A stretch of 64,000 nucleotides of DNA from Microbotryum violaceum (Eukaryota). Below, piece by piece: positions 1 through 15,510 of this stretch. Made by a program: the position numbers and the translations under genes. The notes beneath the pieces are model-generated. The model was not told the DNA's origin. It ran no database searches and was given only the letters and a program-made list of their open reading frames with translations. Within the stretch, counting starts at the first letter, position 1; each line of letters starts with the position of its first letter. The stretch spans positions 1,426,001 through 1,490,000 of the forward strand of contig CDLV01000006.1 of the NCBI GenBank assembly GCA_001244265.2, in the 5' to 3' direction.

Positions 1-2677
1 TTCTCCGTTGGCACGGACGTATCGATGTGGATCTGAGATCTGGGTTGAGTCAAATTATTGATATCTTGAGGTTCGGAGCTAATAGGAGTCGGAGGCGCCA
101 TCTCGGCGGCGGGCTCATGATGCAACTGGGCATCCTCGTGCGCAGTCGAAATCTCGAGGGGCAGCTGCATCCCCGTGTTGGAAACGGGCGAGGCCAGCAC
201 CTCACCGTCGACATCGCTCTCGTTCTCGTCAGCGGTGACGAACTTGACAAAAGAGCTGATGGCCCGGTAGCAGTATTTGGCAGGGGTCGTGAAGGCGAAC
301 AATGGGAGGTCTGGTTTCGCGTGGAACGAGAGGGTCAGCACACAGCGTGGCTGAACAATCGTGGTTGGTACTCACCGTGGCACATACCATCATAGATCTG
401 CAAGTGGACCTTCGTGGGAGGGTATTCGACGTGCCGCTTCGTCCGTTCGGGGTTGGCGTCGAGGAGGGCTTGGCGTACTGGGTATCGGTCGGGATGTGCA
501 GCTCGGTGGGCCATCTGCAGGGCGAGTACAGATCGGCTGGTCAGACTAGGCACAAGATGGTTGTCCAAGAGGAATGAAGTGACTGACGTATACGATCTCA
601 TCCCTCAACACTTCCCTGTCACCACACATGACATACATCGAAGGAAGACCGCCAAGACTTGGTTGCCAGATGGGTGAAACGAAAGGATAGACGAGCTGGT
701 CGTTCGTGGCGTACAGCTGAATCTGATCTCGGACTTCGACTTCCTCGCCATCGATTTTGAGCTTGAGCACTTTTCCAACTTCGGCTTTGGACTCGCCGTT
801 GGCCTGTGCCGACCCTCCCGACCCGTCCGGTGCGCCGTCCTTGCCCGTCTCCGTATGTTCGGCGCGCTGATAATCTTCCGGGAACTTTTCGACCTCTTCC
901 AAAAGTTGCTCTCCTTTGCGATCAGCTCTGCTCGATCCATTGAAAAACATACTCGTCTTCTTGGTCACCCTACGTTCTTGTTCGAACGTCTCTGCGGCAT
1001 GTTTGAGCCCTTTGATCGATGTTGAGCGGTCTGCCCGTTCTTGCCATTCGGCAGGAGGGGGCGGCCAGAGCATCGACGGCTTGAAGAGGCCCAAGCCGAA
1101 GGCGGGGATGACGTCGGTCTCGGTATTTTGCAAAATCGAAGGAAAAGAATGTGTGAGATCGCACCATGGCGAGATCAAGACGACTGTGCGACAAGAACGT
1201 GTCAGGCCCCGTTGCTCGGACGTGATTGAACCGTCACGGCGCACTCACTTCCAGCGGGTGCCGGCAGGCCGGCATCTCGGATCAAGCAAGAGAGGGCAAG
1301 CGTCAGCCCACCCCCTGCACTATCACCCGCGATGACGAGCTTTTTAGGATCGACGGGTTTGTGCTTGGCTCCAATAGGCGGGCGAATGAGATAAATGTAA
1401 GACGCCAGAGCATCGGCAAGAGCGCAGGGGAACGGGAACTGCGGACTGAGGCGATACTGCAGCGCAAAAGCTCGGCCCCCAATCTTGCGGGCATACCTCC
1501 AGATACTAAAACGATGCGTGTTGGGACTGCCAAAAAAGTAGGCGCCGCCATGGATGTAGAGGATGCACCGCATTTCATCGAGGTCGTGTTCGTACGCCGA
1601 ACCTTCCTCGTCGCCCTCGTAAGCGACGTCTTCGCCCATGGCTCTTCGTTCTTCCCGTTGACGGCCGAGTTTGTATCGGCGTTTGTGATCATCCTGCGAC
1701 TTGCGCTTCATCGCCTCAACCTTTTCACATTTGATTTTCTCCAGATCATCGTCGTCGACCTCGTTCGCACCGAGGCCGTGCCAATCCTTCTTCATCGAGA
1801 TCCATTCGCCGTTGAGCGCGCCGTCGGGGTTGGGACACCGTTGCCACCATTCCTTGCCTCCCGCGACGTTCTGAATATCGTCCTCGCCTAAGGTGTCGAT
1901 GAGGATGCGATTCGCTTCGAGTCGGGTATCGAGAGGGATCAACACCCTGACCACGCGCACCCACCAAGGTGCCGGAATAAAGTTGTTGCCAAAGGCTTGT
2001 GCTTCCTCCACAGTGTGCTCGGTCGCCTTGACGAACTGCGTGTTTGTGTAGACAAGTATCGTGATCAGTTAGTACTCCGTCTCGGCAAAGGTGCTCCGTC
2101 GACGAAAGCGCTCCGCTATTCATTGATGTGGTCCAGCGCCCGATACGGGTCGTCTCTTTTTAGACTAGCTGGAATTTAAATTCTCATTCGCTAGCCTCTT
2201 TCGCCCCGCATGTCCGACGCGTGGAAGTCACGTGTCACCGCGGCGTGAGTAAAAGACGGAGAGGAGAGCGCTTACAAAGTACTTCATGACACTGAACGCT
2301 TCGTCAAAGAGGAACGAGCCCCGAGCTGATCTGCACGATCGCTCGAATTCAGGGTCAGTTTCTGAATTTTTTGCGTGACACGTTTAATTGGTCATCAGTC
2401 GATCAAGTCGAGCGACCAATTGCGCATGATGACATCGAACCGGATCGCAATTACGGCCTAAGGCTCGAGTTTGCCGGGACACTTTGGCGATACGAGGAGG
2501 GACGAATGCCCCAGTCCACGATGGCCAACCGGTCCACGATGGAGCGACTGACACGAGATGAACGTACTGCTTCGAAGTGATCTTCTTGTGCAACGCAAAG
2601 TGACGACAGCCGGCCCAGATGATCATGCCCAGGCCGCTGACAGACATGGTCAACGGGTTTAGCGGTAGGAAGTCCAT
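1..2677 (-). CDS. Alpha/beta hydrolase, HSL-like lipase/esterase (spliced; 3' end runs off the left edge)
   Basis: Exon ORFs carry LYIHGGAYF (oxyanion HGG), YRLSPQFPFP, GDSAGG (nucleophile elbow), ISPWCDL, VSP and EVLRDE. N-terminal exon MDFLPLNPL starts at 2677. Confidence 0.85.
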
Positions 2678-3329
2678 CGCGGGTGTTTGTTGTCCGTTTT
2701 GGTGGGGTCTTGAACGGGGTTATTGTCGATTGTTGGCGAGGACCAAGACAGAGTAGCCTCGCTGTAAGAGATTGACTCCGGTTTAGTGCCTCGTCCGAAT
2801 GCGCGAGGTGGAGGGGGTTGGCCTGAACGTCTCGTCGCGACGAGTGAAGCGCGTGCAGGCATGCAGGTAGCCGAGCGGCGCGAGGATGGCCGAGGACGGC
2901 AGCTGGGCGCAACACAAACGCCGAGAGGTTTTGGTGAAAATTCCTGGTCACGTCGAATGAGCACAGGGGGTCGAGCCAAATTAACCGAGTTTGACATCTC
3001 GATTATGTGTCGGTTGTCTGATGTAAGGTCCTTGTCGAGCGCATGCAGTGGTAGCTAATTTGGGCCGTGCCGAGTCCGCTTGCCATGAGAGAGCTAGGGG
3101 GGCGCCTCGAGACAGCCAAAAGAGAGCTAGATCGCGCTTGGTCTTGCTGGCGCATGGCACAGTCGACACAGTCGACACACTCGCCCAAGTCACGACTTAT
3201 GTTGAATATGTTAAAGCGCAGTATTATGACGACAACGCTCCAGTCTGAAATTACTTGCTACGCCGCACAACGAGAAAGTACATTCCAGAACCATTCCAGA
3301 ACCCGCCGTCTACAGAAAAGACTAGGACC

Positions 3330-4787
<1,458 letters not shown>

Positions 4788-5387
4788 CGTCGGCTGCGTC
4801 AGTGAGGGTGCGAAGGGCTGCTGGTGCACTGGAGCTAGTCTGGAGCTCAACAGTCGACCCGGCGTCGGCCACGGGTGACGCTGTGACGGGTCCGCCTCAC
4901 TCGACTCATACAAGCGGCTACAACTATCCCTGCGCCAGTCCCGGCCGGAAAGCCATAAGAGATATCAGGGCCCAGGGACTGGCTGTACAAATTCCGATCC
5001 CCGATGTGCCCTACAACTGTGCACTGGTCAAGAAACTCACCTTCGCATATCCAAGATGAAAAATCGTCGACGCCTCGAGAATAATCAAATGCTGAGCCTG
5101 AGCTTTCGCCTACATAATAACTGAATGGGCCCCTCCGAGTCGGCGTTCGTTCCGGGCACCAGGCCCTTCCGAGTCGGCGCTGGCTGGTCCAAGCTCATCA
5201 CAGACTATCACAGACGCGTCGCCGCCCTGACTCGGCAACGTCCGAGGAGCCGTTTCGCTAGCCGTTTTGCCATCTTGTCGCACAGTGACACACCACCGCA
5301 TACGCCGACGTCACCCCACCCGCAGGAGACGCTAACCGATCGTACTGCACTGCAATACTAGGACGCGATACCGCTCTGTAGCGCAGG

Positions 5388-8246
5388 ATGGTGCTGCTCG
5401 CGTCGCGGTACGCCAACTCGGTCGCCCGAGGCGCGGTGCTCTCGATCGCGGCCGGCCTGTCCTTCATGCTGATTGCACGACATCAACTCGCCTTGCCCCA
5501 TGCGCACCCACCCGGAGTAGCCCAGAGAATAGGCTCCCAAGCTGTAAGCTCACGTTTCCACGCGTGAGGCACTCCATCGTTGTCCTCTGACACGCTCTCA
5601 CCTCTTCAAAACCTCCAGTGGGACGTGGCGCTCAGAGCGTCAACGCCCGGTCAAACCATCGTGAACGCCGAAAGCTCCTCCGCGTCTTCCTCGACGTCAA
5701 GCACTCTATCCGATTTTAAAGATGAAGACGACGACGATGCCCTCGACGACAGCCACCTCGGCTTCGCTCGCGGCGAGTGGAACCCCTTCCTCGCCGAGAC
5801 CACGCCCATTACCGAGATTCAGATCAAGACGTGCATGCTCCCGCCGGGGCTGTACGATCTGTGTTCGCCGACGAGTTCCAAGAAGGAGGATGCGACGAGG
5901 GGGGAGTGGAGGAGGGTCGACAGGGATCTCAACAAGCGCGTCGGCATCTACTATGCTTACCTCTACTACCGTACGTCCATCAGCTCGGAGTCGGGTTTTC
6001 ATGTCGTGCTGACCCGTCGACTTTGCCCTGCAGGTCTCCTGATCCCGAGTAGCTCTACACCAGTCATCACAAACATAACTTTGATCGATCAAGAGATCGA
6101 GCTCGACAGTACCGAGTGAGTCAGCAGCACGAAGGGGGGGAAGGGGGGGGGACGCATCACGATCCCAAACCTGACGAAAGCGAAACCCTGTCTACCTGTC
6201 TGGTATCAGTGGCGTGTGGACTCGCGTATCTGAAAATATCAGGGAAGGCATCTGGCCTCGTATGAAGCCTATGTACCTGTACTACCGATCAACGTCCCAG
6301 CATCTCATCAAAGCCGCTCGAGCAGCCTCGCCCGATCGGAATGCCGGGGACAGCCTCGAGCCCATCACCCAGCTCGACGTCATCTATGGCGGTAACGAGG
6401 TACAACCGCTCCCTGGCTACACCAAACTTCCGGGCAAAATTTCGGGTGGTGAAGACGACGAAAAGGCTGTCGGCACGGGCAATCGTAAAGGCTCTCGAGT
6501 CGGGTCGACGCTAGCGTATCGCAAGATTGCACAAAGTGAGGGTCTCTGAGACCGGCGGTTTTGCTGACATATGCTCAACATTCACCAAATCACCTATCGC
6601 ACCTTGTAGAAAGCGCCGCTGCCCCTCCGTTGCGATTCTCGGCCGAGGGCACTTATACGATCCTCCAAGTCGCCGATCTGCACCTCAGCGTCGGTCCAGG
6701 CAAATGCCGCGACCTCGATTTCAAGCAGAGGACCAACTGCGAGGCGCTCGGTGCGGACACCTACACGCTGCAATGGCTTGAAACCGCGCTCGATGAGGTC
6801 AAACCTTCCCTCGTCGTCTTGTCGGGTGACCAACTCAACGGGCAAGACACGTCGTGGTCGGTCCAATCGGCGATTATGAAGTTCGCGCCTTTGATCTACA
6901 GGCGCTCGATCCCTTGGACCGTCGTCTTTGGGAACCACGATGGCGAAACGACAGATCTGGATCTGAAGCGACAGATCGATCTCATGAGTCGCTTGCCGTA
7001 CTTTGTCGGTGAGGCTGGTCCTTCTTCGATCGCCGGATCAGGCAACTACGTTCGGTCGATCCGAGCTAGCGATTCCGATACGGTGCTTTCAACGCTGTAC
7101 TTCCTCGATTCGCATGCCAACGTCAAGAAGACCGCACCTTGGTCACAAGCAGGCTATGACTTTATCAAACCTGATCAGATCAACTGGTTCAGGGGAAGGT
7201 CGGCGCAGATCCATACGCTAAAGAGGCCTTACACACCGTCGAATGTCCAGGCCAAGGGCTCGAGAGCGAGACCCTCCAAAGCCAATGAAGCCGTCAGGCA
7301 TGTCCCGCGCGGTTCGGAAAGTCGAACGACGGCCCAAACCTCGGCGCTGGCTTCGGGCAGCAATGCGGCGACTCAGCGTGACGATCCAGACTGGGCCCCG
7401 TCTGAGTCAGGTATTGGCGGGAAGCGCATGAGGAAGCGCGCACTTCATGCGAGACAAGATGACGAGGATGCGGATGCGCTCGGCGACGGGGAGGGCGACG
7501 ACTCCGTCCTTGGCCCCGACGACAACACCGAAGACATCGCGAAAGCCATCGCGGTGGAAGAGGCGGGCAACAGCGATGAAAAGATCGACCTTGGCTATGG
7601 GATGATGCCTGACGATGGAGCCAACATACAAGACGCACCAACTGGGCACGAGACCGATACCTTCGTCAAGGGCAACCCTCTGCTCGAGAACGAGAAGGGA
7701 CTCGAACCGACCGTACTCCCCGTGGGACCGACCCTAGCTGCCCCCTTAGAAGCCAAGCCGAACGCGCTCGTCTTCTTCCATATCCCTTTGCAGGAAGCGT
7801 ACGATTCGCCAATTGACGTCGGAGCCGACGGTACGCGTCTGTTCTTCGGTGAACGGTTAGAAGGCAACGGCGCGTCCAAGACGGACTCGGGCTTCTTTCA
7901 ACAAGGCCTCTTGGCGCAGAAGGAGTTGATGGCCGAGAGCGATGGGCCCGTCGATGCGTTCTGGGACGGCGAATCGTCCGCACCGACCAAAGGGCGACCC
8001 GAAGTCAAGGTCGTCGCGAACGGGCATTGTCACATTAGTGAGGACTGTCGAAGGGTCAATGGGATTTGGCTCTGCTTTGGGGGTGGGGCTTCGTATTCGG
8101 GCTATGGTCAGCCTGGGTTCTTGAGGCGCATGAGGGTGTACGAGTTGAGTGATTATGGAGAGACGATTGAGACCTATCATCTCCTTGATACGAAGCAGAT
8201 CATCGATCGAGTCGTGCTGGTCGGGGAGAAGGCCATGGGGTCTTAG
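5388..8246 (+). CDS. DCR2-like metallophosphoesterase with N-terminal signal anchor
   Basis: Motifs ILQVADLH, SGDQLNG, VFGNHD, LYFLDSH, FFHIPL and NGHCH, plus WLCFGGG.SYSGYG..RRMRVY typical of the Dcr2 family. Start codon inferred. Confidence 0.85.
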
Positions 8247-8555
8247 AGGGGTTTCAGAGGGTCCATTCGTATTGATTTCGTCTGTCTGTCGTTCTTTAGG
8301 ACTCATCGGCTCCTGTGTGTGTATTTTTGGCTCCCTGCAATCCCGAATTACTTATGATTGGAATGTGGTCCCGGGATGTGGCGATATGGCATAGCACAGC
8401 AAAGATGGGCTGCAAAGCGCGAAAAACAAGGGTGAATGCTAAACAGAAAGTTAACAAGCAACTATGTGCGGTAGAAACTACGAAGGAAAAGAAGGAGGCC
8501 CGTACACCCTTTACTACTGCTATTACTGATCGAAGGCCAAATGAGACACTTTCTT

Positions 8556-10324
8556 TCACGACGACAGGTTTTCACGATCCTCCAGCCAGTCCAAGCATGT
8601 CCTCCCGCAACCGCGATGCAAGATCGGGATCGTCTTGGCGCCGTCGACCCTCTTCAAGGAAGGCTTGAGGAACGTGCCCTCGGCGACCCATTCGTACCGT
8701 TCGACCGCAGGGCGGAAAAAGACTTTTGCTTCGCCATCGTGGACTGGAGACTGACACACATTGGCAAGCGGGTCGAAAGGCTGCGTCGATACGGTGGCGC
8801 CGTCATCGACGGTTGAAGCGACGGACCAGGACGAATCGGTCGAGGTACCGGAGACGGTGCGTGCTCGGCGGGAGACGCACGAGGTCGGGAAAGGGGTGGA
8901 AAGGAACGGTTCGACGAGCGAGTCGGGAAAGTTTGTGGGTCGCTCCCATAACGAGATGCGCAGAGGAGGATTGGGTTGGGACGGGGTGGGAGCCGAGGAG
9001 GGCGAGAGAAGGTAGCGCGTCATCGTTTCGACCAACGACGGCACCGCGAAATGGACTCGCAGAGGGCCCAACACGCGCCTGGAATCGGTATCGTCGACCC
9101 GGTCGGACGACTTCTTGTCCTTGGAAGTGACGGGAGGCGGCATGAAGGGGTTGGGATGGAGGGTGATCTGCTCGAGGTTCTCGAGCTTTAGGATCTCGGC
9201 GGGCAGGTACCGCAGCTTGTTGGAGCGCAGACTGAGGGTGACGAGCCCAGAGAGGCGACCGATCCCAGCGGGTATCCGATCAAGTCGGTTTTGACCCAAG
9301 AATAGCTGCTCCAGATTCGGTAGAGTGAAGAGAGAGTTCGACAAGGACGATGCGGTGAGCTCGTTGTGGGTCAGGTTAAGCTTGAGGGGGACGGAGAAGC
9401 TGAGGGGCGAGGAGCGCGAATTTTGCTCGCTGGGAGTGCGGCCGAAGGAGACGGTGGAGCTGCGAGCGAATGAGCGTGTCCCCGTGGCTAATGTACAACC
9501 TTTTGATCCAAACATGTTGGGGGTGGTCGCCGGTACTGATTGTGTTCGGGAGAACGAGCATGTCGACCCTGCGCCGAGTAACAGCGACGACTCGGAGAAC
9601 ATAATATTGGTCGATGTCGACTTGGGCAGAGGTTGAGGTAGCCTTCTGAGCGTCTTGAGTTCCCACACCGAATCAGGTACGAAAGCGATACCTCGATTAC
9701 TACGCGCGATCCAGGTGACGCATGCAGTGGTCAGTATCGTGGGTGGCGTAACTTGGGAGTGGTGGGGAAAGCCAAGACCTACCTCAGATCGAGATTGCCA
9801 TTGGCGGTGTCGACGGCAGTCGCCAGCACGACGATCCAATCAAACTTGGCAGGTCCGACGATAGAGGGCATGTTGGCTTTGCTGAAGACGACTTCGGATT
9901 TGATGCCGCGGTCGGCGATCCACGCGTCCATCCAGCCGCCCTCCTCCTCGTCATCACCCAACCCGACGATAGCGACGGGCGTTGAGGCGCAAGCGAAGTC
10001 GTGTTGGATCAGAGGGGACTGCCATGTCGACTTGGCAAATAGCAGAGTACCCGAACTGGATCGCAGTGATCGACCCTTTTCCTCGTCAGGGTGTGCGCCC
10101 AAGCAAGCGCCGAAGGGTGAATGGTGGGCGGCGGACGTGGCCGGGACGACGCCGGCGAGGTCGAGTGGGGTGCATGACGACGGAGGCGGCGGAGGAGACG
10201 ACAGCGACAACGAGGCTCGCTTGGCTTGACGGAGTGCACGACGACTGTCGACATCCTCGTCGGGGATGACCCATCCTTTGGCTACGGCCGACAGCGGGTG
10301 AGGATCGATCGAGGGTACGGCCAT
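8556..10324 (-). CDS. Leucine-rich repeat protein
   Basis: LxxLxLxxNxL repeats (LEQLFLGQNRLDRIP, LVTLSLRSNKLRYLP) and a PSLVE cap motif; one intron near 9710-9782. Confidence 0.75.
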
Positions 10325-10884
10325 ACCGACAGAGCGCGCTGAACGACCGGAAGTGAGGCGAATCTGCGAAGGCGACCGTTGGCGAAGAGTCAGTCAACCG
10401 CGATCGGGCGGAGGGGGGGAACCAAAGGACGTATTGTAATCCGTTCAATCCAAATGCCATTTTTGAAACTCACATATGAACAATGACCAAGTCGCTATAA
10501 GCGACCGCGGTGATAAGGGGGAGAGGAAGAAGGGGGACTGGCCTCGAGAGGAGAGAGGAGAGCTCGTTCAACTTGGCGCGCCCGGGCTCGGCAACGGCAC
10601 GGTCCGAGCGCGACGACAACCAACGGTCGGAATACTCGGTCCTCGAAACGCCAGGTCATCTTAAATGCCAGGACCGTATTATTGGGAGTACGAACGGTCT
10701 CGAAAGCGCTGAAGAGGAAATACTGCGTCGTGCGGGCTCATTTCTCAATTGAGGGGGTCGAGTCAAGAGCCTCGGCTCGGTTCGAGCACTGGCCAGACTC
10801 TTCAGAGTGTAACCCCGTATACATTCAAGGACATCCTCATATCCTGGGCGCTAACATTTTCATAACCTCGCCTCTCTCTCACAG

Positions 10885-11365
10885 ATTTGAGCCTGTACAA
10901 ATTCTTCCTAAGCAGTCTCTAGGAGGCCAGGGGGTGTCGAGTCAGACCTACTCTCCTCCAGCCCAGGTGACCCTAGACTTTCTGCCTCCGAGCGGCCACA
11001 ACAAGTTCGTCCACGACACGCAGTCCCAAGTGCACACCGGCATAGCGACCCTCTCGAGGCGAAACCCCGATGGACAAATCGGGCTGCAATTCGTTTGCTC
11101 CTGTAAGTCGGTCGTTCGCGCCCATGACGGCGCCGGGCCACCAGCGGACAAATAAATCGTGAGAGCGATGATGACGAAATAGATGGCGATTGTGGTGAGT
11201 CCAGCACGGATCGCGAGGATGGATACGCTTCTCAGGACCTCATTGCGTTAGCTGGTGCGACTTCCTTGGCCGAGCTGGTGAATCTGTCGTTGAAGCTCGT
11301 CGAAGACTTTGGTGGGCGTGCTCTCGACAGATCTTGACATCTTGATGAGAATATACTGTATGTGA
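10885..11365 (+). pseudogene. Possible decayed fungal-type protein kinase (FunK1-like) fragment
   Basis: 3' splice signal (CTAAC...CAG) followed by broken frames containing TSLAELVNLSLKLVE and LDR..LDENILY, resembling the FunK1 S..EL...HRDIS..NIL region. Stops and frameshifts present. Confidence 0.25.
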
Positions 11366-13238
11366 TCACCGCATCAGTACGCAACAAAATAACGCACGCG
11401 GTCCGCAAACGCTGAGACATGCCACCTTGCTGCAGGGACAAAGGACTCACGTGACGTGGAGCTGCAGACGAGACAGTGGGAACGGTGGAACAGGGCGAAT
11501 CCTGTCTGGCCCTGGATCGAAAAGCGAAGAGTAATGTCACTAATCGGGCGATTAGTCGCGTAGGGGAGGATGGGGGGCTGGTTGAGGGAGTGCAGGAGGG
11601 CAAACGAGAGAGAGAGAGAGAGAAATCACCCGAGCTGTGCTCTGCCTCGTTCATTCGGCCAACAAGGTCCAGCAGGGTAGAGCAGGGTCCAGCAGCAGTC
11701 GCCAGCAGTGTAGCAGTGATCTAGCCCGCGGCGCGAGCAGGCGCTAGCGTGGTGTTCCCTCTTTTGGTATCATGATCAAGCCTGATTAGACTTCACATAT
11801 TCAACTACTTACGCAGAATCAAGGTTTCTTGAAAGGGGGGGGGGGTAAGACTATGTAAAGTCAAAGCCACTGGATCTATGTAGCCCTCACATAGAACCAC
11901 CAAAAGGTGAGCCCAAATCTTCCCAGAGTAGCACTAAGATTAACTTATGCCGAACCTGCTCAGATTTCCGAACGGCTCGTGCAGTGCGACAATCCCTAGG
12001 CACGTGTGATGTGGATTTCAAAAGTCCGTCCTACAACCACCTCCTCTGACCATTAAGGTTTCAGAGGCAGATGTCGGGAAATGAGGGGAGGTCAGTCACA
12101 AGCAAGCCCATGAGTTGCGGAACGGGACCTAATAATAGCCCATCCCTGACCCGACCGACGAACCAGTCGTGGGCACGCGCCGTGCCCTCGAGTCTGGTCA
12201 TCAACCACGGGTCGGGAGGGTAGGGAGTACCCAACGCTGAGCGCAGCGTTGCCCGGTACCCACCTCTCTAGCCTAAACTTAAAAACTTCCGAATTCCCGG
12301 TGCATCTACCTTGGTACCCAACCGGACTTGACTGGAAAAAGTAGAGGCCGGATGTACCAATGACCTTTATTACACAAGTCTAAACCGATCCATAATGTAA
12401 ACTTGCCGGATCACACTTGCAGTTTGCTATCCGGACCTACCTATCTCTATCAGGTAGCGGGGAGCCGGCCGTGCGTCTTACGAGCTAGTATCTTGCCCCA
12501 AACCGACTCCCTGGATCGCTCGCGCGATGTGTAGCGGTGAAATGTGACAAGTTGCAGCGGGATGAGGGACAACTAGCGGGAGAGGAGAGGGGAGGCCCGA
12601 GCGCGCGAGCTCGATCGGCGCGTCAAATCCTTGCAGCAAAGGCCGAAAAGAACAGTCGCCCCAATCAGTGTGGTCATGCGGAGCCCCACCGGCCCCACCT
12701 GCTAGCCGAGGGGTGATACGCCTGACGGCAGTACTCATAACCTCGACAAATTAGGCGACTCACGACCTACTTTGAGCGGGTGAAAATAAGTTCTCCGAGT
12801 CTGATTTTTCGCTCCATGCTTCGGACCACCTGCCGTATGAAGTTGGTCCGAGCACCTCGGTCCCGCCGGCACGGGGTCAGCGGTGGTACGTTGGATCGAT
12901 TATAATCGATACAGTGACAGTCAGATCTGGACGGTGTACGATGGATAAAGGCGAGAATAGAGAGGGTTCGCAGATAGAGGTGTACGCTCAAACCTAATGC
13001 ATTGCAATAAATAGTTATATAGAGCTCTGGATAAGGCGGATAAGGCCGATCCCTGAGCAGACCTTGACTAAGCCGGGAGTATCAAATACAATCCGGCCAT
13101 TCATCCCCTCAAGACGCTTCCCAAGTTTCCAGAATCGAAACATAAAAATACCCCTCACTCCGCACATCACGTCCTCCGGATTGTCACCTCGAGCTCCGTG
13201 TATGCGAGTACCGACGATGACGAGCAGCCGGCAACAGT

Positions 13239-14890
13239 CTAGAACGGCACCCACTTGGTCTTCCCTATCAGGATGAACGACTCGTAAGATGCAGAGTCGC
13301 GAGGTAGTTCGGGATCAAACGTCATGAGCTCGGCCCATTGTTGCAGCAGCCTTCGCCAGTAGCAATCGACCGACGCAGGCGAGAGGTAGTGGCGGAAGAA
13401 GTTGTACGACGTATCGGCGATCTGCTCGGCGCGGTCGTCGTTCTCGATGAGCCATTGCATCGTCGCAGGTAGTTCGTCAAAGTTGTGACCCGGCGATAAA
13501 ACGATGTTCTGGTCTGGAGAGTTCATATTCGAATTGAATAGGTGGTGGAAGTGCTGGATATACTTCAACCTGTGCGTGACGAAGACGGAGCGACACTTCA
13601 GCAACTGCTTCCCTCGGCCCGAGTATGCGAATCCTTCGACGTGTCCCAAGTACTTGAAGGCACAGTGCTCTTCCGGAGCGAGCACCTCTTTCTCTATCGT
13701 GGACTTGTCCCCCCACTCAAGATCCGAGACTGCACCCCACTTGTACTTGCGCGCAATATCCCACAGCTCCTTGCGAATATCGACCATGAAGGCGCCTTTC
13801 CAGAATAGCTTGGGGACCTTGTCTGCCCACTTGATCCTCTGTTCGTACTGCTTGCATTTGTCCGCAACCTCAACCATGCCGCCAACTCCAGGTTCAGGCC
13901 AGGAGAAGAAACCAAAGTCGGGCATGAGCGTCAATTGAGGCTCCTTCTCTCGACGACCGAGGGCCCACGCTGCGCCTGCTGGCATGCCCGTGTCGCCGGT
14001 TTGCACGACGAACTCGACATCAGGGAGCGGCTCGAGGGAACCGATCATGGCGTCGCGGATTGATGCAAGCACAGCTTTAGTTCGTGTGCCTTGCTGTTCA
14101 TCTGAATAGCTCTTGACGTAGAGCTGTGAAGAGGGTAATGGACGAAAATTTGAGCGTTAGGCCAGCAGATGGTGCCGATCGTAGTTTTCCGGATATCTCA
14201 TGAGCACAGACATACCCTGTTGTTCTTTATCAAGACTCGAGCCTGACTCTTTTTTTCTGCCTCATCAAGATGCTTGAGGGTCACTCCCCCCTCCTTCTTC
14301 CAGTATGCAACGGCGCGATCGATTTCGAGATAGAGGCCGGGGAAGACATTGTCGCACTGAGCCTGTGTCAGATGTCGGTCATGGCCAGCCTCGTACCCTT
14401 CTGCAGCTTCCCTCCAGCTTTTGCCCTTGTTCTGCTCGAGGGTGCAGATCTCACTTAAGGCGGTCAAATTGGACTTGGGTGCACAAGCGTACGGGTTGAG
14501 CGTCTCGGGCAAGGGCACAGGCCTCGGCACGGGCTCCGGCGGCGGTTCTCGGCTGGCCATGCGCAGGACGGCCACGACAAGCAGGATTGTGGTCAAGGGT
14601 GAGATGAAGAGCCAGACTTGCACGAGACGAGAGCGAGGTGTGGGTGAAGTGTTCAAGGCCCCCCACGGCCCCCACAGTCCGATGGGTGATCGGCCATGAG
14701 TCAAAGCAGTCGGGGCGGTGATGCCCGTCACGCTGCCGCCATTGTTCAACGAGCGATAGGTCGCTCCGGCGAACGTCATCTCGGCCTCGTGGTCGGTCGA
14801 GCCTTTACTTCCGACCACAGGTGAGCCAGGTAGACTTGATGCGAGGGTTGAGAGTTGGTCGGTGATAGTCCGTCGCACGCGGTGAAACAT
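13239..14890 (-). CDS. Glycosyltransferase family 90 (CAP10/Cxt1-like), type II membrane protein
   Basis: TM anchor WLFISPLTTILLVVAVL; LPDVEFV, LMPDFGFFSWPEP, EEHCAFKYL.HVEGFAYSGR, A++IA..S..FFR.YLSPA..CYWRRL. Confidence 0.85.
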
Positions 14891-15510
14891 GGCGTCAGCT
14901 CGACAAGTGGTGATGTCGTCGTCGTGAAGTCGACTTCAGCCGGAGCCCGCTTGCCCGGCCTCGTTAACGCCGTTCGGGCCAGGGTGAGATGAGGTGGTCA
15001 CTGGTATAAGAAGCGCTATGGAGTGTCTCTAGTGAAAACAAAGGTCTGCGCTGTGAGGGCGACGTAGGCCTCAGTTCGGGTGTATCTGTCGTGTGGTGTG
15101 CCTCGTCAAAGTGTTGCGCTGAGGGAGATTGCTCACGAAGCTCGCAGGAAAGCCCCAAGGTCACGCGCGGTCAGCTTACTTGGGTGTAATTTGGGGTAGC
15201 TTGTGGTTTGGCGTCCGTGGCAGTTCGTGGCCGTCGATCGATCGCGACGGCCACTATGAACAAATTTCTGTGTTTCTAGAGGTCTTTCGAGATTCTGTAA
15301 CAACACAAAGTGGTTATGTTTGTTTCGTACGTTTGTGTTCTTTGGGTCTTCGTCTCATTAACGTAACCCATTAGCGTGCTCTCTACGCGCGGCTTCAGCT
15401 GCCGCCAGCTAGCCGACAAGGCGATCATGAGATTGGACAATGCAAAATACATTACAAGAAAGGACAGAGGACATAACTAAATGAGATCGGAGGTGCACCG
15501 TCAAGATCGC

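Noticed and set aside
10800-10880. Histone H4-like words on the minus strand (VSAQDMRMSLNVYGVTL)
   Set aside because: Flanked by stops, and the plus strand looks like an intron 3' end; likely chance.
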